A stretch of DNA of 64,000 bases from a virus: the IMG/VR virus record IMGVR_UViG_3300025381_000001; one strand, 5' to 3'. Every line of letters begins with the position of its first letter. Position 1 is the first letter of the stretch. Positions 1 to 7,964 of the stretch are shown piece after piece. Under the pieces are notes generated by a model that made no database searches, was not told the DNA's origin, and saw nothing but the letters and a program-made list of their open reading frames with translations. The translations under genes were made by a program, and so were the position numbers.

Positions 1-185
1 GCCTTTTTCTCCTTAAAATCATCGACTGCGATGCAGCCACGTTCTCGACAGCCCTCGTCCATGTCGGGCAAGAACTCATCGAGCGCCTTGTAAATCTTCT
101 CGCGCAACAAAGACGGTGAAGCATGGTTCAGTACGGCTATCTCCATCAGCGTGTTGACCAGCGGCCTTGCTTGTTCGTACCTCAT
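1..185 (-). CDS. hypothetical early protein, N-terminal 61 codons only (C-terminus lies beyond window start)
   Basis: ATG at 185 is preceded by GGAGAAGG and has an ATGA overlap with the stop of 182..345. The frame stays open to position 1 (MRYEQARPLVNTLMEIAVLNH...). Confidence 0.5.
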   Translation of the reverse strand, partial: MRYEQARPLVNTLMEIAVLNHASPSLLREKIYKALDEFLPDMDEGCRERGCIAVDDFKEKK

Positions 186-345
186 ACCTTCTCCGGTTGT
201 GTTTTGACGCGACCAAGATCGACCCACAGCTTCATGGCGTTTGCACAGTCCCGCTTTGACCACTCTGGTAGGCTTTTATATTGCGAAGCCAGACTCGGCC
301 AGTGCGCAATGTAGGCTTCAAACTGTTTTTCCCAGTACTTCATAC
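182..345 (-). CDS. hypothetical small protein (54 aa)
   Basis: The internal ATG at 345 has an AGGAGAAGG SD just upstream. The longer track version (to 370) lacks an SD. ATGA-coupled to the next gene. Confidence 0.5.
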
Positions 346-570
346 CTTCTCCTTGAGGGGCAAGCCCCATAGTTTGTAGCCAGCACAGTCCGTGTGGGTG
401 TACTTGCCATCGTTACCAACAGCGTTGGGTAGTAGCGCGTGCGCTTGAGGGTGTTTGTCGTGGCCTGGGAAGCCGCCAGACTCGCAGATCGTGCCAAGCC
501 TTGAACGCAGTAATGCTCTGTGTCCCTCGGGCGTTGTTGGTTTGCATGGGCAATGCGAGCAGGGCGTCAT
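340..570 (-). CDS. hypothetical Cys/His-rich small protein
   Basis: ORF track entry with an ATGA overlap to the stop of 567..755. Contains a CSHCPC motif plus further Cys/His residues. Confidence 0.5.
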   Translation of the reverse strand: MTPCSHCPCKPTTPEGHRALLRSRLGTICESGGFPGHDKHPQAHALLPNAVGNDGKYTHTDCAGYKLWGLPLKEKV

Positions 571-755
571 GGTTTATCCCTGCGCTTGAGTCCCGCTGGG
601 TCGCTGGCTAGGTTGACAGCATCAACGACTTGACGCTTGACTTCCTCCGCAACATTTTGGGGTGGTTGTTTACCAAAGATGCGCTCGAAACTTTCCGCAA
701 ACTTTTGGTGATCTGTTGGGCGTTGCGTGTCGCCCTTGCCTGCTTCATGTGCCAT
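567..755 (-). CDS. hypothetical small protein (62 aa, starts MAHEAGKGD)
   Basis: TGATG overlap with the stop of 755..949. The upstream part of the 129-aa track ORF is G/R/A-rich and looks out of frame. Confidence 0.5.
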   Translation of the reverse strand: MAHEAGKGDTQRPTDHQKFAESFERIFGKQPPQNVAEEVKRQVVDAVNLASDPAGLKRRDKP

Positions 756-949
756 CAGTCCGCATCCTTTGCTAAACAAGCGAACGCCTTGGGCAAGCCC
801 ACTGCTCCTTTGACTTCTTCCTGCCGCGCCACCAGCACAGCCGCCGCCTTGTTGCACAGCGCTCGGGATTTGAACTCGTCCACCTTCTCCCAGTTCAAGT
901 TGCCACCAGCGTTCATTTGAAACACTACCAATACGAATGCACCAATCAT
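755..949 (-). CDS. hypothetical small membrane-anchored protein
   Basis: Hydrophobic N-terminus MIGAFVLVVF. ATGA overlap with the stop of 946..1368. Confidence 0.5.
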   Translation of the reverse strand: MIGAFVLVVFQMNAGGNLNWEKVDEFKSRALCNKAAAVLVARQEEVKGAVGLPKAFACLAKDAD

Positions 950-1368
950 TCTTCATCTCCCATTAATTTCAATCCCTGCACGATATGAAGAGCCAAGGTC
1001 ATCAGCTTACTGACTGCTTTGTCCTTCCAAACTTTCTTTTCTTCTTCTGTCTTGAGCCCCCATTCGCCGTCCAAAATGGCTTGCAGCGTGTCGCAAACAC
1101 TACATGAACCATATCCAACTTTGACGTACCAGTAAGTGCTTGGCTGATAGATTGCCGCACCAATCACATACAACAATGTGCCTTGGTAGTCGCCGTCATC
1201 AATCTGGTGAATGCGTTTTGGATCGGGGGTTTCGTATTCACCTTCATCGTTCAACATCTCCACCACAGCAAGAACAATGTCGCTGTAGCTGCTTGGCAGT
1301 TTGGCTTCAAACTTTTCTTGAACTGAATCTTTGCGTTCAAACCAGCGTTTTGTAAATTTCTCAATCAT
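946..1368 (-). CDS. hypothetical protein (140 aa)
   Basis: Clean ORF in the coupled early operon with protein-like composition (GYGSCSVCDTLQ motif). Confidence 0.7.
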   Translation of the reverse strand: MIEKFTKRWFERKDSVQEKFEAKLPSSYSDIVLAVVEMLNDEGEYETPDPKRIHQIDDGDYQGTLLYVIGAAIYQPSTYWYVKVGYGSCSVCDTLQAILDGEWGLKTEEEKKVWKDKAVSKLMTLALHIVQGLKLMGDEE

Positions 1369-1697
1369 TTCTTATCTCCTTTTAAATAAAAATCATGTTC
1401 GGCAAGGGCTTGCTTCACATCATCTAAACACCTGCGGCCAAAGTTTGGGATGACCAACAAGTCGCGTTCGCGCATATCGAGTAACTGCCTGACCGTGTTG
1501 ATTTTCTCGGCACGCAAACAGTTGCTAGTACGCACAGTCAACAATAGGCAGTCAATGTCTTGCGACAACAACGGCGCTTGGTGTTCTTCCATTGCGATCA
1601 TGGTGCGATCGGGGATGACTGCGACCCACAACGTATCCACTTTGTTGAACTCCACGTGCTGCCCCAGTAGCGCGTAGACTTTTTTGTTTTCGTCCAT
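1365..1697 (-). CDS. RNA polymerase alpha-subunit C-terminal domain (alpha-CTD)-like protein
   Basis: LLLTVRTSNCLRAEKINTVRQLLDMRERDLLVIPNFGRRCLDDVKQAL aligns by eye with E. coli RpoA CTD [48 protein letters not shown]. Confidence 0.75.
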   Translation of the reverse strand: MDENKKVYALLGQHVEFNKVDTLWVAVIPDRTMIAMEEHQAPLLSQDIDCLLLTVRTSNCLRAEKINTVRQLLDMRERDLLVIPNFGRRCLDDVKQALAEHDFYLKGDKK

Positions 1698-1703
1698 GTG
1701 TCC

Positions 1704-1892
1704 TCAGTTCTTTGAAAAGTAATACGCCAAGCCAATCCAGATCACCAGCGCCGCGTAGCCCATGAGCACGTTGCGCCAGCCGTTGTTTTGTTCGGGTGGA
1801 TAGAACCACCCAGCTTGGTCGATGGAGTTGGGGAAGGCTTCTTGTAGGGTGCGTGGGTAACACCGTGTGGTTGGGTTTTTGTCTTCGATCAT
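1704..1892 (-). CDS. hypothetical small membrane protein
   Basis: ORF with a C-terminal TM segment (VLMGYAALVIWIGLAYYF). ATGA-type overlap with 1889..2149. Confidence 0.55.
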   Translation of the reverse strand: MIEDKNPTTRCYPRTLQEAFPNSIDQAGWFYPPEQNNGWRNVLMGYAALVIWIGLAYYFSKN

Positions 1893-2149
1893 TGTTCCCT
1901 CGCTTTCAGCATTGCGTCTGCGTAAATGTATTTGGCTTGTTCGCGTGTTCTTTTCGTTGGCATTTTTGTTGGCTCAGGTTTTCCCGTTGCAACCGAAAAA
2001 TAAAAACCATCGACCATTTGAGAATAATCATTGATGTACTGCCGTACATCCTCATCAGTTGCCTTGGCCGCGAAGTAATCACGCAGGGTCATGCCGTTGT
2101 AGCAAACATCGTTTGTTGGAAACGCTGGCCCACCTGTTTCTTTTTCCAT
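1889..2149 (-). CDS. conserved phage hypothetical protein (GGPAFP...GMTLRDYFAAKA type)
   Basis: The N-terminal GGPAFP and GMTLRDYFAA motifs recur in many prophage small proteins, as far as I recall. Confidence 0.65.
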   Translation of the reverse strand: MEKETGGPAFPTNDVCYNGMTLRDYFAAKATDEDVRQYINDYSQMVDGFYFSVATGKPEPTKMPTKRTREQAKYIYADAMLKAREQ

Positions 2150-2220
2150 TTCAATTTCCTTTCACGCAGAGTACCTGCTTGAGTTGATGAACGACCTCAT
2201 CTTGAATTACTTGTTTCATC

Positions 2221-2853
2221 TCAACCCTTAAAAATGTCTTTGAGCAAGTCGAACAACTGACGCGCTTGCACGACAGTCAACTTATTCACCACGCCCTCGG
2301 CTGTCCAGTTGCGAGTAAGCACGATCGACACAGGAGCCTGCGCCTCTTGCTTCGCACCAGTATCGACAGTCAACGCGGCAATGCCTGCTGATTTCTTTGT
2401 GGGCTTCTTGATAGCTTTGGCTGCTTTAGCGCTTTTGATCTTCTTGGCAAGGCTGTACGTCTTGTACTCTGTACCCACTGCATGAAAGCCACCCTGCACA
2501 TCTCGCGTCATCAATCCCACGCGCAACATTTGATAGATTAACGAGTCGGTGGAGTTGGTCTTGTACCCGCGCTTGAGCAGTGCTTCCACGATGTCTTTGC
2601 CCTTCAATCCGGGATTGTCTCGAACGAACTCGAAGGTGGCGCGTGTCACGCCGTTCTTTTCTTGGAAGCGGTGGGTTTGTTTGGTGGTGATGGTTTCAGT
2701 TGTTTGCATAGTGTCTTTCGATTGGGGTTGAGGTTGGGTTGATTGAAGCGTCTTGTTGTCCTCGTCTTCCCACTGTTTGAGTGTGACGGCAAGGTTGTTT
2801 TCGAATCCGCGATTGAGTAGTGCGGTGCTCAGTGCAGTTTGTAGATCAGGCAT
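2221..2853 (-). CDS. hypothetical protein, possible winged-helix DNA-binding region
   Basis: ORF with an AGGAGAAAG SD and its own sigma70-like promoter upstream. The central FEFVRDNPGLKGKDIVEALLKRGY segment looks wHTH-like. Confidence 0.65.
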   Translation of the reverse strand: MPDLQTALSTALLNRGFENNLAVTLKQWEDEDNKTLQSTQPQPQSKDTMQTTETITTKQTHRFQEKNGVTRATFEFVRDNPGLKGKDIVEALLKRGYKTNSTDSLIYQMLRVGLMTRDVQGGFHAVGTEYKTYSLAKKIKSAKAAKAIKKPTKKSAGIAALTVDTGAKQEAQAPVSIVLTRNWTAEGVVNKLTVVQARQLFDLLKDIFKG

Positions 2854-2879
2854 TGCTTTCTCCTAGTTAAGGTTTGGGA

Positions 2880-2908
2880 AATATATCCGAATCGGCTGAG
2901 GTTGTCAA
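2880..2908 (-). promoter_or_regulatory. sigma70-type promoter (TTGACA-17-TATATT) for 2221..2853
   Basis: On the minus strand TTGACA sits at 2908-2903, followed by a 17-nt spacer and TATATT at 2885-2880, about 25 nt before the SD. Confidence 0.55.
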
Positions 2909-2964
2909 CCGATGGACAAGAGAGGGGTAAGTTAGTGGTTGCTTTCGCTCCAAGCTTTTAGATT

Positions 2965-2983
2965 GGGGGTCGCGTTGACCCCC
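2965..2983. repeat. early-arm palindrome copy 1 (GGGGGTCgcgtTGACCCCC)
   Basis: Inverted repeat 16 nt beyond the stop of 2999..4060. It is followed by the motif TTGACACCCGTCA, which overlaps that stop codon. Confidence 0.85.
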
Positions 2984-2998
2984 AAAGATTGACACCCG

Positions 2999-4060
2999 TC
3001 AAACGAGCGCGGGTACTTTCGATGGTTGGTACGCCCAGTTCAGATGCCAACACATGACTTCCGCAACAGTCTCGGGGTCGTTACGCACGAAGTCGTGCAT
3101 GGTGGCTATGTCGTTGTCCAGACACGCCGCGATCACCTCGGCCTCGAAGTCATTTGTTGCGTTGTGTGTTGTCAACGTGGCCTCGAATGTACCCATAATG
3201 ATGTTGATACAAGTTATAGGCATCTCATCGAAGTACGCCGACAACAGTTCTGCATCCGCTTGCATCAGCGCGTCACCAAGCTCGTATGCGAAAGGCGCTT
3301 CTATCTTTGATTCTTGTTTTGCAAACTCGTTGTCAGTCATAGCGTGGATGCCCTTGGTCGATGTGAACTCGGTGCCAGCACTAGACCATGAGCCGATGAT
3401 CTCCTCATCCTCATCCCACATCTCGTAGCCATTGGAGAGATGACCATGCCACGCACGCTTGGTTGACTTGTAGTAGTTGGGGATGAGTTTGCTTGGCTTC
3501 CATGCGTAGGTATTGCTGAACCACATACCGTCATGCTCAACGCCTTGGTCATAGTTGACGTGGCTGATGCGCCCCTCGCCATTCATGAACACAAAGCGAT
3601 TGTCGCCAATGAACTCGGCCACCATTGTCAAGAAGCCTTTGTCGTACACGATGTCGGGATACTTCACTACGGTGTCATGCAGGTAGTCCTTGATGAAGTG
3701 ATACGTATCGCTACGCGCCGTGTCTGCCGCGTTACCTGTGTGCAGTACGCCGTTGTGCATCATTGCAATGAAGCCTGGCACTACGTCATAGGGATGGCAG
3801 TTGCTCAAGTCGGTGTGGCCGTGTGTAGTCCAGCGGAAGTGAATCGCCAGATCACGGTCGTCTTGCGGCATACGCTCGATCATGTTGCGTGCCTCGCCAA
3901 TGTTCTTGGGTAAGAACTTGTTGGCCTTGAGACCCTTGGATGTGCCGTACATGATGCCGATACCGTCAGGGTTGGAGGAGTAGATATCCGCAAGCAAGCC
4001 GTGAGTGTCCAGCAAGGTTGAACGGATTTTGTTTGATTGACCAGAGATGATTAAACACAT
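2999..4060 (-). CDS. Ntn-hydrolase / class-II glutamine amidotransferase-like (YafJ-type) protein
   Basis: Starts MCLIISG, so Cys follows the initiator Met. Also has DGIGIMYG, HFRWTTHGHTDLSNCHPY and MMHNGVL motifs in the typical class-II GATase order. Confidence 0.7.
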   Translation of the reverse strand: MCLIISGQSNKIRSTLLDTHGLLADIYSSNPDGIGIMYGTSKGLKANKFLPKNIGEARNMIERMPQDDRDLAIHFRWTTHGHTDLSNCHPYDVVPGFIAMMHNGVLHTGNAADTARSDTYHFIKDYLHDTVVKYPDIVYDKGFLTMVAEFIGDNRFVFMNGEGRISHVNYDQGVEHDGMWFSNTYAWKPSKLIPNYYKSTKRAWHGHLSNGYEMWDEDEEIIGSWSSAGTEFTSTKGIHAMTDNEFAKQESKIEAPFAYELGDALMQADAELLSAYFDEMPITCINIIMGTFEATLTTHNATNDFEAEVIAACLDNDIATMHDFVRNDPETVAEVMCWHLNWAYQPSKVPALV

Positions 4061-4074
4061 GATGATTTTCCTAG

Positions 4075-4266
4075 TTAGAAGTAGTTTGGGTTGAAAGGGG
4101 TGAGAGTGCTGTAGTAAAGCTGGCCGTTGGCGTCACGCGATACTGTGTAGGTGAGTGAACTGTGGTCAACACGAGGTGAGGGCTGGTTCAGCATTTGCAT
4201 ACGAATACGATTTGCTGCGGCATTAACTGCCGCGTCAAAGTGACCCCCGTTGGGCACGTTGCACAT
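4075..4266 (-). CDS. hypothetical small protein (start uncertain)
   Basis: ORF between the amidoligase and the GATase-like gene. It overlaps the amidoligase 3' end, and an alternative ATG at 4200 is possible. Confidence 0.4.
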   Translation of the reverse strand: MCNVPNGGHFDAAVNAAANRIRMQMLNQPSPRVDHSSLTYTVSRDANGQLYYSTLTPFNPNYF

Positions 4267-6082
4267 CACGCGACTCGGTAGTCACAGGCTCGGGCGCAGG
4301 GGTTACGTCTTCGCAGGTTGTGGCCGTTGCTTCCTTGACGCGCTTGCTCAAGCCATACCATTTGGCAAGGTTCGAGTACGCATTGTTGGTAGTCTTGAGC
4401 CATGCAACAAACGCTTCACCGTTCAAGTCACGCCACGATGCTGTGCGACAGAACATCACGACCGCATGAGTCCACTCGATCTGTGCAAGCAATCGTTCTT
4501 TCTTGAGCGAAGCCCTGAAGATACGAAGCTCGATAGTGTCGTAGCCACGGCGGTTGTAGTTGTCCTTGAGGCCTAGTCGGTTGCACTCGGAGCCTGTCAG
4601 GTTGTTCGTGTTAATCATGCGATAGCGTTGATCTGACTTACCCTTCAACGCCTTGCTCGGGTTGGTGAGGATGTCTTGATGCTCGGCGGCGCAATACTCA
4701 CGCGCTTGGTTGTCGCGGTTTGGATGACGACCTGCGATCTGGCGCACAAAGTCTGCGTTTGACTCGGCGTTGATGAACATGAAAAACTTACCGAGCGTCA
4801 GCTTGGAGAAGCCATGCGAGTCGATGTGGATGTGCATACCGCAACGCTTGGCATCCCATGCCCGAAACCCTTGTGGCACAACCCAGTCCTTGAACTGCTC
4901 GATGTGATGAGCCAGTCGGCGCGGTGCAGTCACGATCTCTAAGCCGTCGTCAGGCAAAGAGCCGTCATACTTACACACCACATAATCCTCGCCCAAGGCA
5001 GAGCGAATCTTGGATACCGCATCGCGCTTGTAGTTGTCCTCCCCTACGCCAATCTCCAACTCGATGCCCATGAGCAAGTCGCTGTAAGGTGTTGGCGTGA
5101 ACGATGTGTCTCGGTTCAGATGGTCGAGCACGTTGGTCGAGTAGTCCATGAGGGCGCTGGGATCACCATCGTCTCCGTCTTCGTCAGCCTCGTCAGAGTC
5201 ACGGTCATAGGAATAATACGCATCGTGGTTGTCGCTCCAGTACGCATCGTCACGCGACCAGTACTCGTTTCTATCCTCTACGAATACAGCATCATCACGG
5301 AAGCACGCATCGCACCACGTATCGTCACGCACATCATGCGTCTCGCCTGTGTACTCCATGTGGCCGCAGTCACAAACTTTTAGGTCGGTGTACAAACCCT
5401 TATCGTCTAAGAAGTCTTTAACACGGTCAAACCAATCGGATAGACCGTTTTGCACAGTCATGTTTTCATAGTGCTCGTGTATCCAGTCGTCAAACACAGA
5501 TACGTCATCGTCTGCAACGGCTTGCTTGATCGCGTTGTGACACGCGGCTGTAACAGCTTGTCTGTGCTTGTAGTCCGCCGCAGAGTAGGACATGGTGCCT
5601 TTGTAGACTGCATATGGGCGTGGTTTGTCGAGGCGCTCTCTCATCTGCCGCGTGACACGGCTTATGAATTTGTCCACAGGGCCAACGGTGTTCATGTACA
5701 TACGGTCAAATAACTTGATCTTGACCCCCAAACCTTGCTCGGGGTCACTAAGCCAACGCATTTGAATGGGCGTCAGTTCGGTGACTTGCAGGTTTTCGCT
5801 AGTGATATGGCCGTAGTGGGTATGTATAAAATCTTCTGGACTTTCTTCTGTGCTTGCACTCAGCACGTGCAGGTTTTCTGGGTTGAAACGGGTAGCGCGG
5901 TTTGTGAACAGCGAGGTTCTACGGTTTGTGGTCGATGTGCTTGCGTACAAGCCTGCATAGATTTTGCGGTGGCTTTGGTCATTTCTGATTTCGATTTGCT
6001 CTGCGATGAGCACCGTGTGCGATCTCCGTTTTGGTGTATCGAAAGAATCATTGGTTTGAAAGGTTGCGAAATAAAGTTTCAT
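4235..6082 (-). CDS. glutamine-synthetase-like amidoligase (Amidoligase_2 family) with long N-terminal extension
   Basis: ATG at 6082 has an AGGAGAA SD. The C-terminal half carries GIELEIGV, DGSLPDDGLEIVTAP, GMHIHID, RYRMIN and TIELRIFRASL motifs. The N-terminal half has CDCGH..CDAC and a poly-acidic run. Confidence 0.7.
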   Translation of the reverse strand: MKLYFATFQTNDSFDTPKRRSHTVLIAEQIEIRNDQSHRKIYAGLYASTSTTNRRTSLFTNRATRFNPENLHVLSASTEESPEDFIHTHYGHITSENLQVTELTPIQMRWLSDPEQGLGVKIKLFDRMYMNTVGPVDKFISRVTRQMRERLDKPRPYAVYKGTMSYSAADYKHRQAVTAACHNAIKQAVADDDVSVFDDWIHEHYENMTVQNGLSDWFDRVKDFLDDKGLYTDLKVCDCGHMEYTGETHDVRDDTWCDACFRDDAVFVEDRNEYWSRDDAYWSDNHDAYYSYDRDSDEADEDGDDGDPSALMDYSTNVLDHLNRDTSFTPTPYSDLLMGIELEIGVGEDNYKRDAVSKIRSALGEDYVVCKYDGSLPDDGLEIVTAPRRLAHHIEQFKDWVVPQGFRAWDAKRCGMHIHIDSHGFSKLTLGKFFMFINAESNADFVRQIAGRHPNRDNQAREYCAAEHQDILTNPSKALKGKSDQRYRMINTNNLTGSECNRLGLKDNYNRRGYDTIELRIFRASLKKERLLAQIEWTHAVVMFCRTASWRDLNGEAFVAWLKTTNNAYSNLAKWYGLSKRVKEATATTCEDVTPAPEPVTTESRDVQRAQRGSL

Positions 6083-6112
6083 TTGAATTCTCCTAGTTGA
6101 TGAAAAACATTT

Positions 6113-6129
6113 GGGGTCAGCTTGACCCC
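6113..6129. repeat. early-arm palindrome copy 2 (GGGGTCAgctTGACCCC)
   Basis: Lies between the stop of 6159..6491 and the amidoligase start. The CTGACACCCGTCA motif overlaps that stop codon. Confidence 0.85.
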
Positions 6130-6158
6130 TAAAAACGTCAGTAAGGGACTGACACCCG

Positions 6159-6491
6159 TCACTTTGTGATCTCCTCTCTTTCTTTTGGGTTACACGATTT
6201 GCATTGGTGGTCGTAGGTCTGCTCGTACTCCTGCGCTTCTTTATGCGTGTCGAACATATGTTCTTCTCCGCACTCGAAACATGGGTAGCACCACGTTGGT
6301 TCTGAGCCTTCGCTACCAATGAAGATACACGCGCTCCATCCTTCGTCATACACATACACATTGCCCGAGTTAGGGTTGATACCTGCGTCTGTGTACCTAG
6401 TGGTGGTCAAGCCTTCGGCCTCTAGCTTGGTGATGCACTTGATGAGGCGGCGCAGTTCGCGCCCGTGAAATTTCTCAAAGAAGTTTTCCAT
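6159..6491 (-). CDS. hypothetical protein with C-terminal zinc-ribbon-like Cys pairs
   Basis: GGAGAA SD. Contains CYPCFECGEEH...CKSC. Confidence 0.65.
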   Translation of the reverse strand: MENFFEKFHGRELRRLIKCITKLEAEGLTTTRYTDAGINPNSGNVYVYDEGWSACIFIGSEGSEPTWCYPCFECGEEHMFDTHKEAQEYEQTYDHQCKSCNPKEREEITK

Positions 6492-6671
6492 TTAGTTCTC
6501 CTTTCTGTTAGTTTTCACAACCACCGTCTCGCCTGTGCGTGTTTGGTATCCCAGCGCGTAGTCGTTGGCTATGCGGTACTTGTTAGTCACCAGCAACAAC
6601 TCACCGTCTTGCGTGTACACGCGGTACTCAAACCCTTCAATGGGTTGGTTGGTACTCGTTTCTTGACTCAT
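6492..6671 (-). CDS. hypothetical small protein (59 aa)
   Basis: The ATG at 6671 is chosen because the longer track ORF would run through palindrome copy 3. Its stop abuts the next gene's start. Confidence 0.5.
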   Translation of the reverse strand: MSQETSTNQPIEGFEYRVYTQDGELLLVTNKYRIANDYALGYQTRTGETVVVKTNRKEN

Positions 6672-6740
6672 ACAATTCCCTTTCGGCCAGCTAGTACAGG
6701 CAGGGAGCGCGGCGCGGCTAAACCATGCGCTCCCCGATTC

Positions 6741-6757
6741 GGGGTCACGTTGACCCC
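6741..6757. repeat. early-arm palindrome copy 3 (GGGGTCAcgtTGACCCC)
   Basis: 17 nt beyond the stop of 6774..7577. The TTGACATCCGTTA motif overlaps that stop codon. Confidence 0.85.
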
Positions 6758-6773
6758 TAAAAATTGACATCCG

Positions 6774-7577
6774 TTAAAGGCGTTCCAGAATGGTTGGCGT
6801 TTGCGCGAACTCCTCGCGTGTCAGGTAGTACCCACTCCATGTTGGCGGCAAGGCTTCGCCTTCCTCGGCGTCACGTACCCACAACAACACCTGCCTCATC
6901 TTGGCAATAGAGTCTTCGTGCTTGGCTATGCGCTTGCGTATGGCGGCGCTCTTGTCTTCCATCTTCATCATGCGGATAGCGAGCAGGTCGTGCTCGGCTT
7001 TAGCCAACTCTAGTTCTGTGCGTTTTTGTAGCTTGTTGCGTTTGTCGCGCCAGCCCTCACCCTTGGGTATCGTGCGCTCGAAGGGCGTCTTGCGTTTGGC
7101 GTATTGCTTGTACGGTATGGCATCGAACAACGCACGCACCTCGGCCTTGTCGCTCTCGGATACCCAATCGACCCAGTGGTGGCCTTTGTTGGGAATAGGA
7201 ATTCCCTTGCGCTCTAGCTTTTCTCGTAGCTTGGAAGGCACAACGCCATGCTTGCGCCGCGCAAGAGTCAGCACCCCGAGCAGTTCGCGCAGTACTTCGG
7301 CGTACCTATCCAATGCTTCTTGGCGTGGGATATCTTCGGTGTTCGTGCAACGCATACGCTCGACAATGCGTAGTTCATGCTTGGCGGGGTCAATGATTGG
7401 CGCCCACAATAGGTCGTGTTGTATCCGCGTGATGCGCTCGGTTCGCAGTTTGCGTTGTTGTTCGGCCACAGTTTTCATGATGGTTTCAATCACGAGGGGT
7501 GGTTTCTTTTGTCGGGTCAGGTGGGTGAGCAATTCGTTTTGCGTCATACCCATATATTGCCTGTGCTTGTAGTACAT
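6774..7577 (-). CDS. hypothetical protein (267 aa, basic, coiled-coil C-terminal part)
   Basis: ATG at 7577 has an AGGAGA SD 7 nt upstream. Long ORF; no domain recognised. Confidence 0.7.
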   Translation of the reverse strand: MYYKHRQYMGMTQNELLTHLTRQKKPPLVIETIMKTVAEQQRKLRTERITRIQHDLLWAPIIDPAKHELRIVERMRCTNTEDIPRQEALDRYAEVLRELLGVLTLARRKHGVVPSKLREKLERKGIPIPNKGHHWVDWVSESDKAEVRALFDAIPYKQYAKRKTPFERTIPKGEGWRDKRNKLQKRTELELAKAEHDLLAIRMMKMEDKSAAIRKRIAKHEDSIAKMRQVLLWVRDAEEGEALPPTWSGYYLTREEFAQTPTILERL

Positions 7578-7646
7578 CAGATATCTCCTGTTAAAAAACA
7601 ATGTCGGGCAAGTATAGCAGGTATTGGGGCTGGATACCGCAAAGTA

Positions 7647-7896
7647 GACAACACTTCGGACACGCCAAAATCCGCATGGTTGCTAGGTTTCTTGCAAAAA
7701 GTGTCCAACTTTATATCGTTTAAAAACAATACTAATGGGTTTAAAGGTTAAGCCAAGGTTAGCCAAAGACAAAGGACAACAAACAAATAAACACTTGTCT
7801 ATATATATGAATATACTTTAATAGATATTATATTAGGACACGCTTTAACCTAGAGCCAATGCCCATGCGGGTTGCCGCGTGTCCGAAGTGTTGTCC
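7647..7896. repeat. large imperfect inverted repeat flanking an AT-rich core
   Basis: 19-nt perfect arms (GACAACACTTCGGACACGC at 7647-7665, reverse complement at 7878-7896). Further matched blocks are CCGCATGG/CCATGCGG, CTAGGTT/AACCTAG and GTGTCC/GGACAC. The AT-rich core is about 7707-7835. Confidence 0.85.
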
Positions 7897-7900
7897 AATG

Positions 7901-7942
7901 TGCGATATCCACTCCTACCTTGATTTTTAGGGATATCGCACC
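7901..7942. repeat. 11-bp inverted repeat GTGCGATATCC...GGATATCGCAC
   Basis: Perfect 11-bp arms separated by 20 nt, immediately next to palindrome copy 4. Confidence 0.8.
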
Positions 7943-7946
7943 TTTT

Positions 7947-7964
7947 GGGGTCAGGTTGACCCCC
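7947..7964. repeat. early-arm palindrome copy 4 (GGGGTCAggtTGACCCCC)
   Basis: Lies 2-3 nt beyond the TAA stop of 7967..8197. Confidence 0.85.

Noticed and set aside
567-956. The single 129-aa ORF.
   Set aside because: The N-terminal half is G/R/A-rich and looks out of frame. The alternative split into 755..949 and 567..755 gives two protein-like products joined by a TGATG overlap.
2150-2220. A 22-codon ORF (MKQVIQDEVVHQLKQVLCVKGN) between 2221..2853 and 1889..2149.
   Set aside because: It is too short to support without conservation or expression data. It may simply be a translational-coupling spacer.
5722-5747. TGACCCCC-N11-GGGGTCA inside the amidoligase gene, as a seventh copy of the palindrome family.
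   Set aside because: The half-sites are in the opposite arrangement with an 11-nt spacer, and they lie in coding sequence. This is probably coincidental reuse of the same 7-mer.
4235-6361. The 708-aa version of the amidoligase ORF from the ORF track.
   Set aside because: The first 93 codons are R/S/T/K-rich and run across palindrome copy 2 and the 3' end of 6159..6491, which looks like a real gene. An ATG with an AGGAGAA SD at 6082 gives a sensible start.
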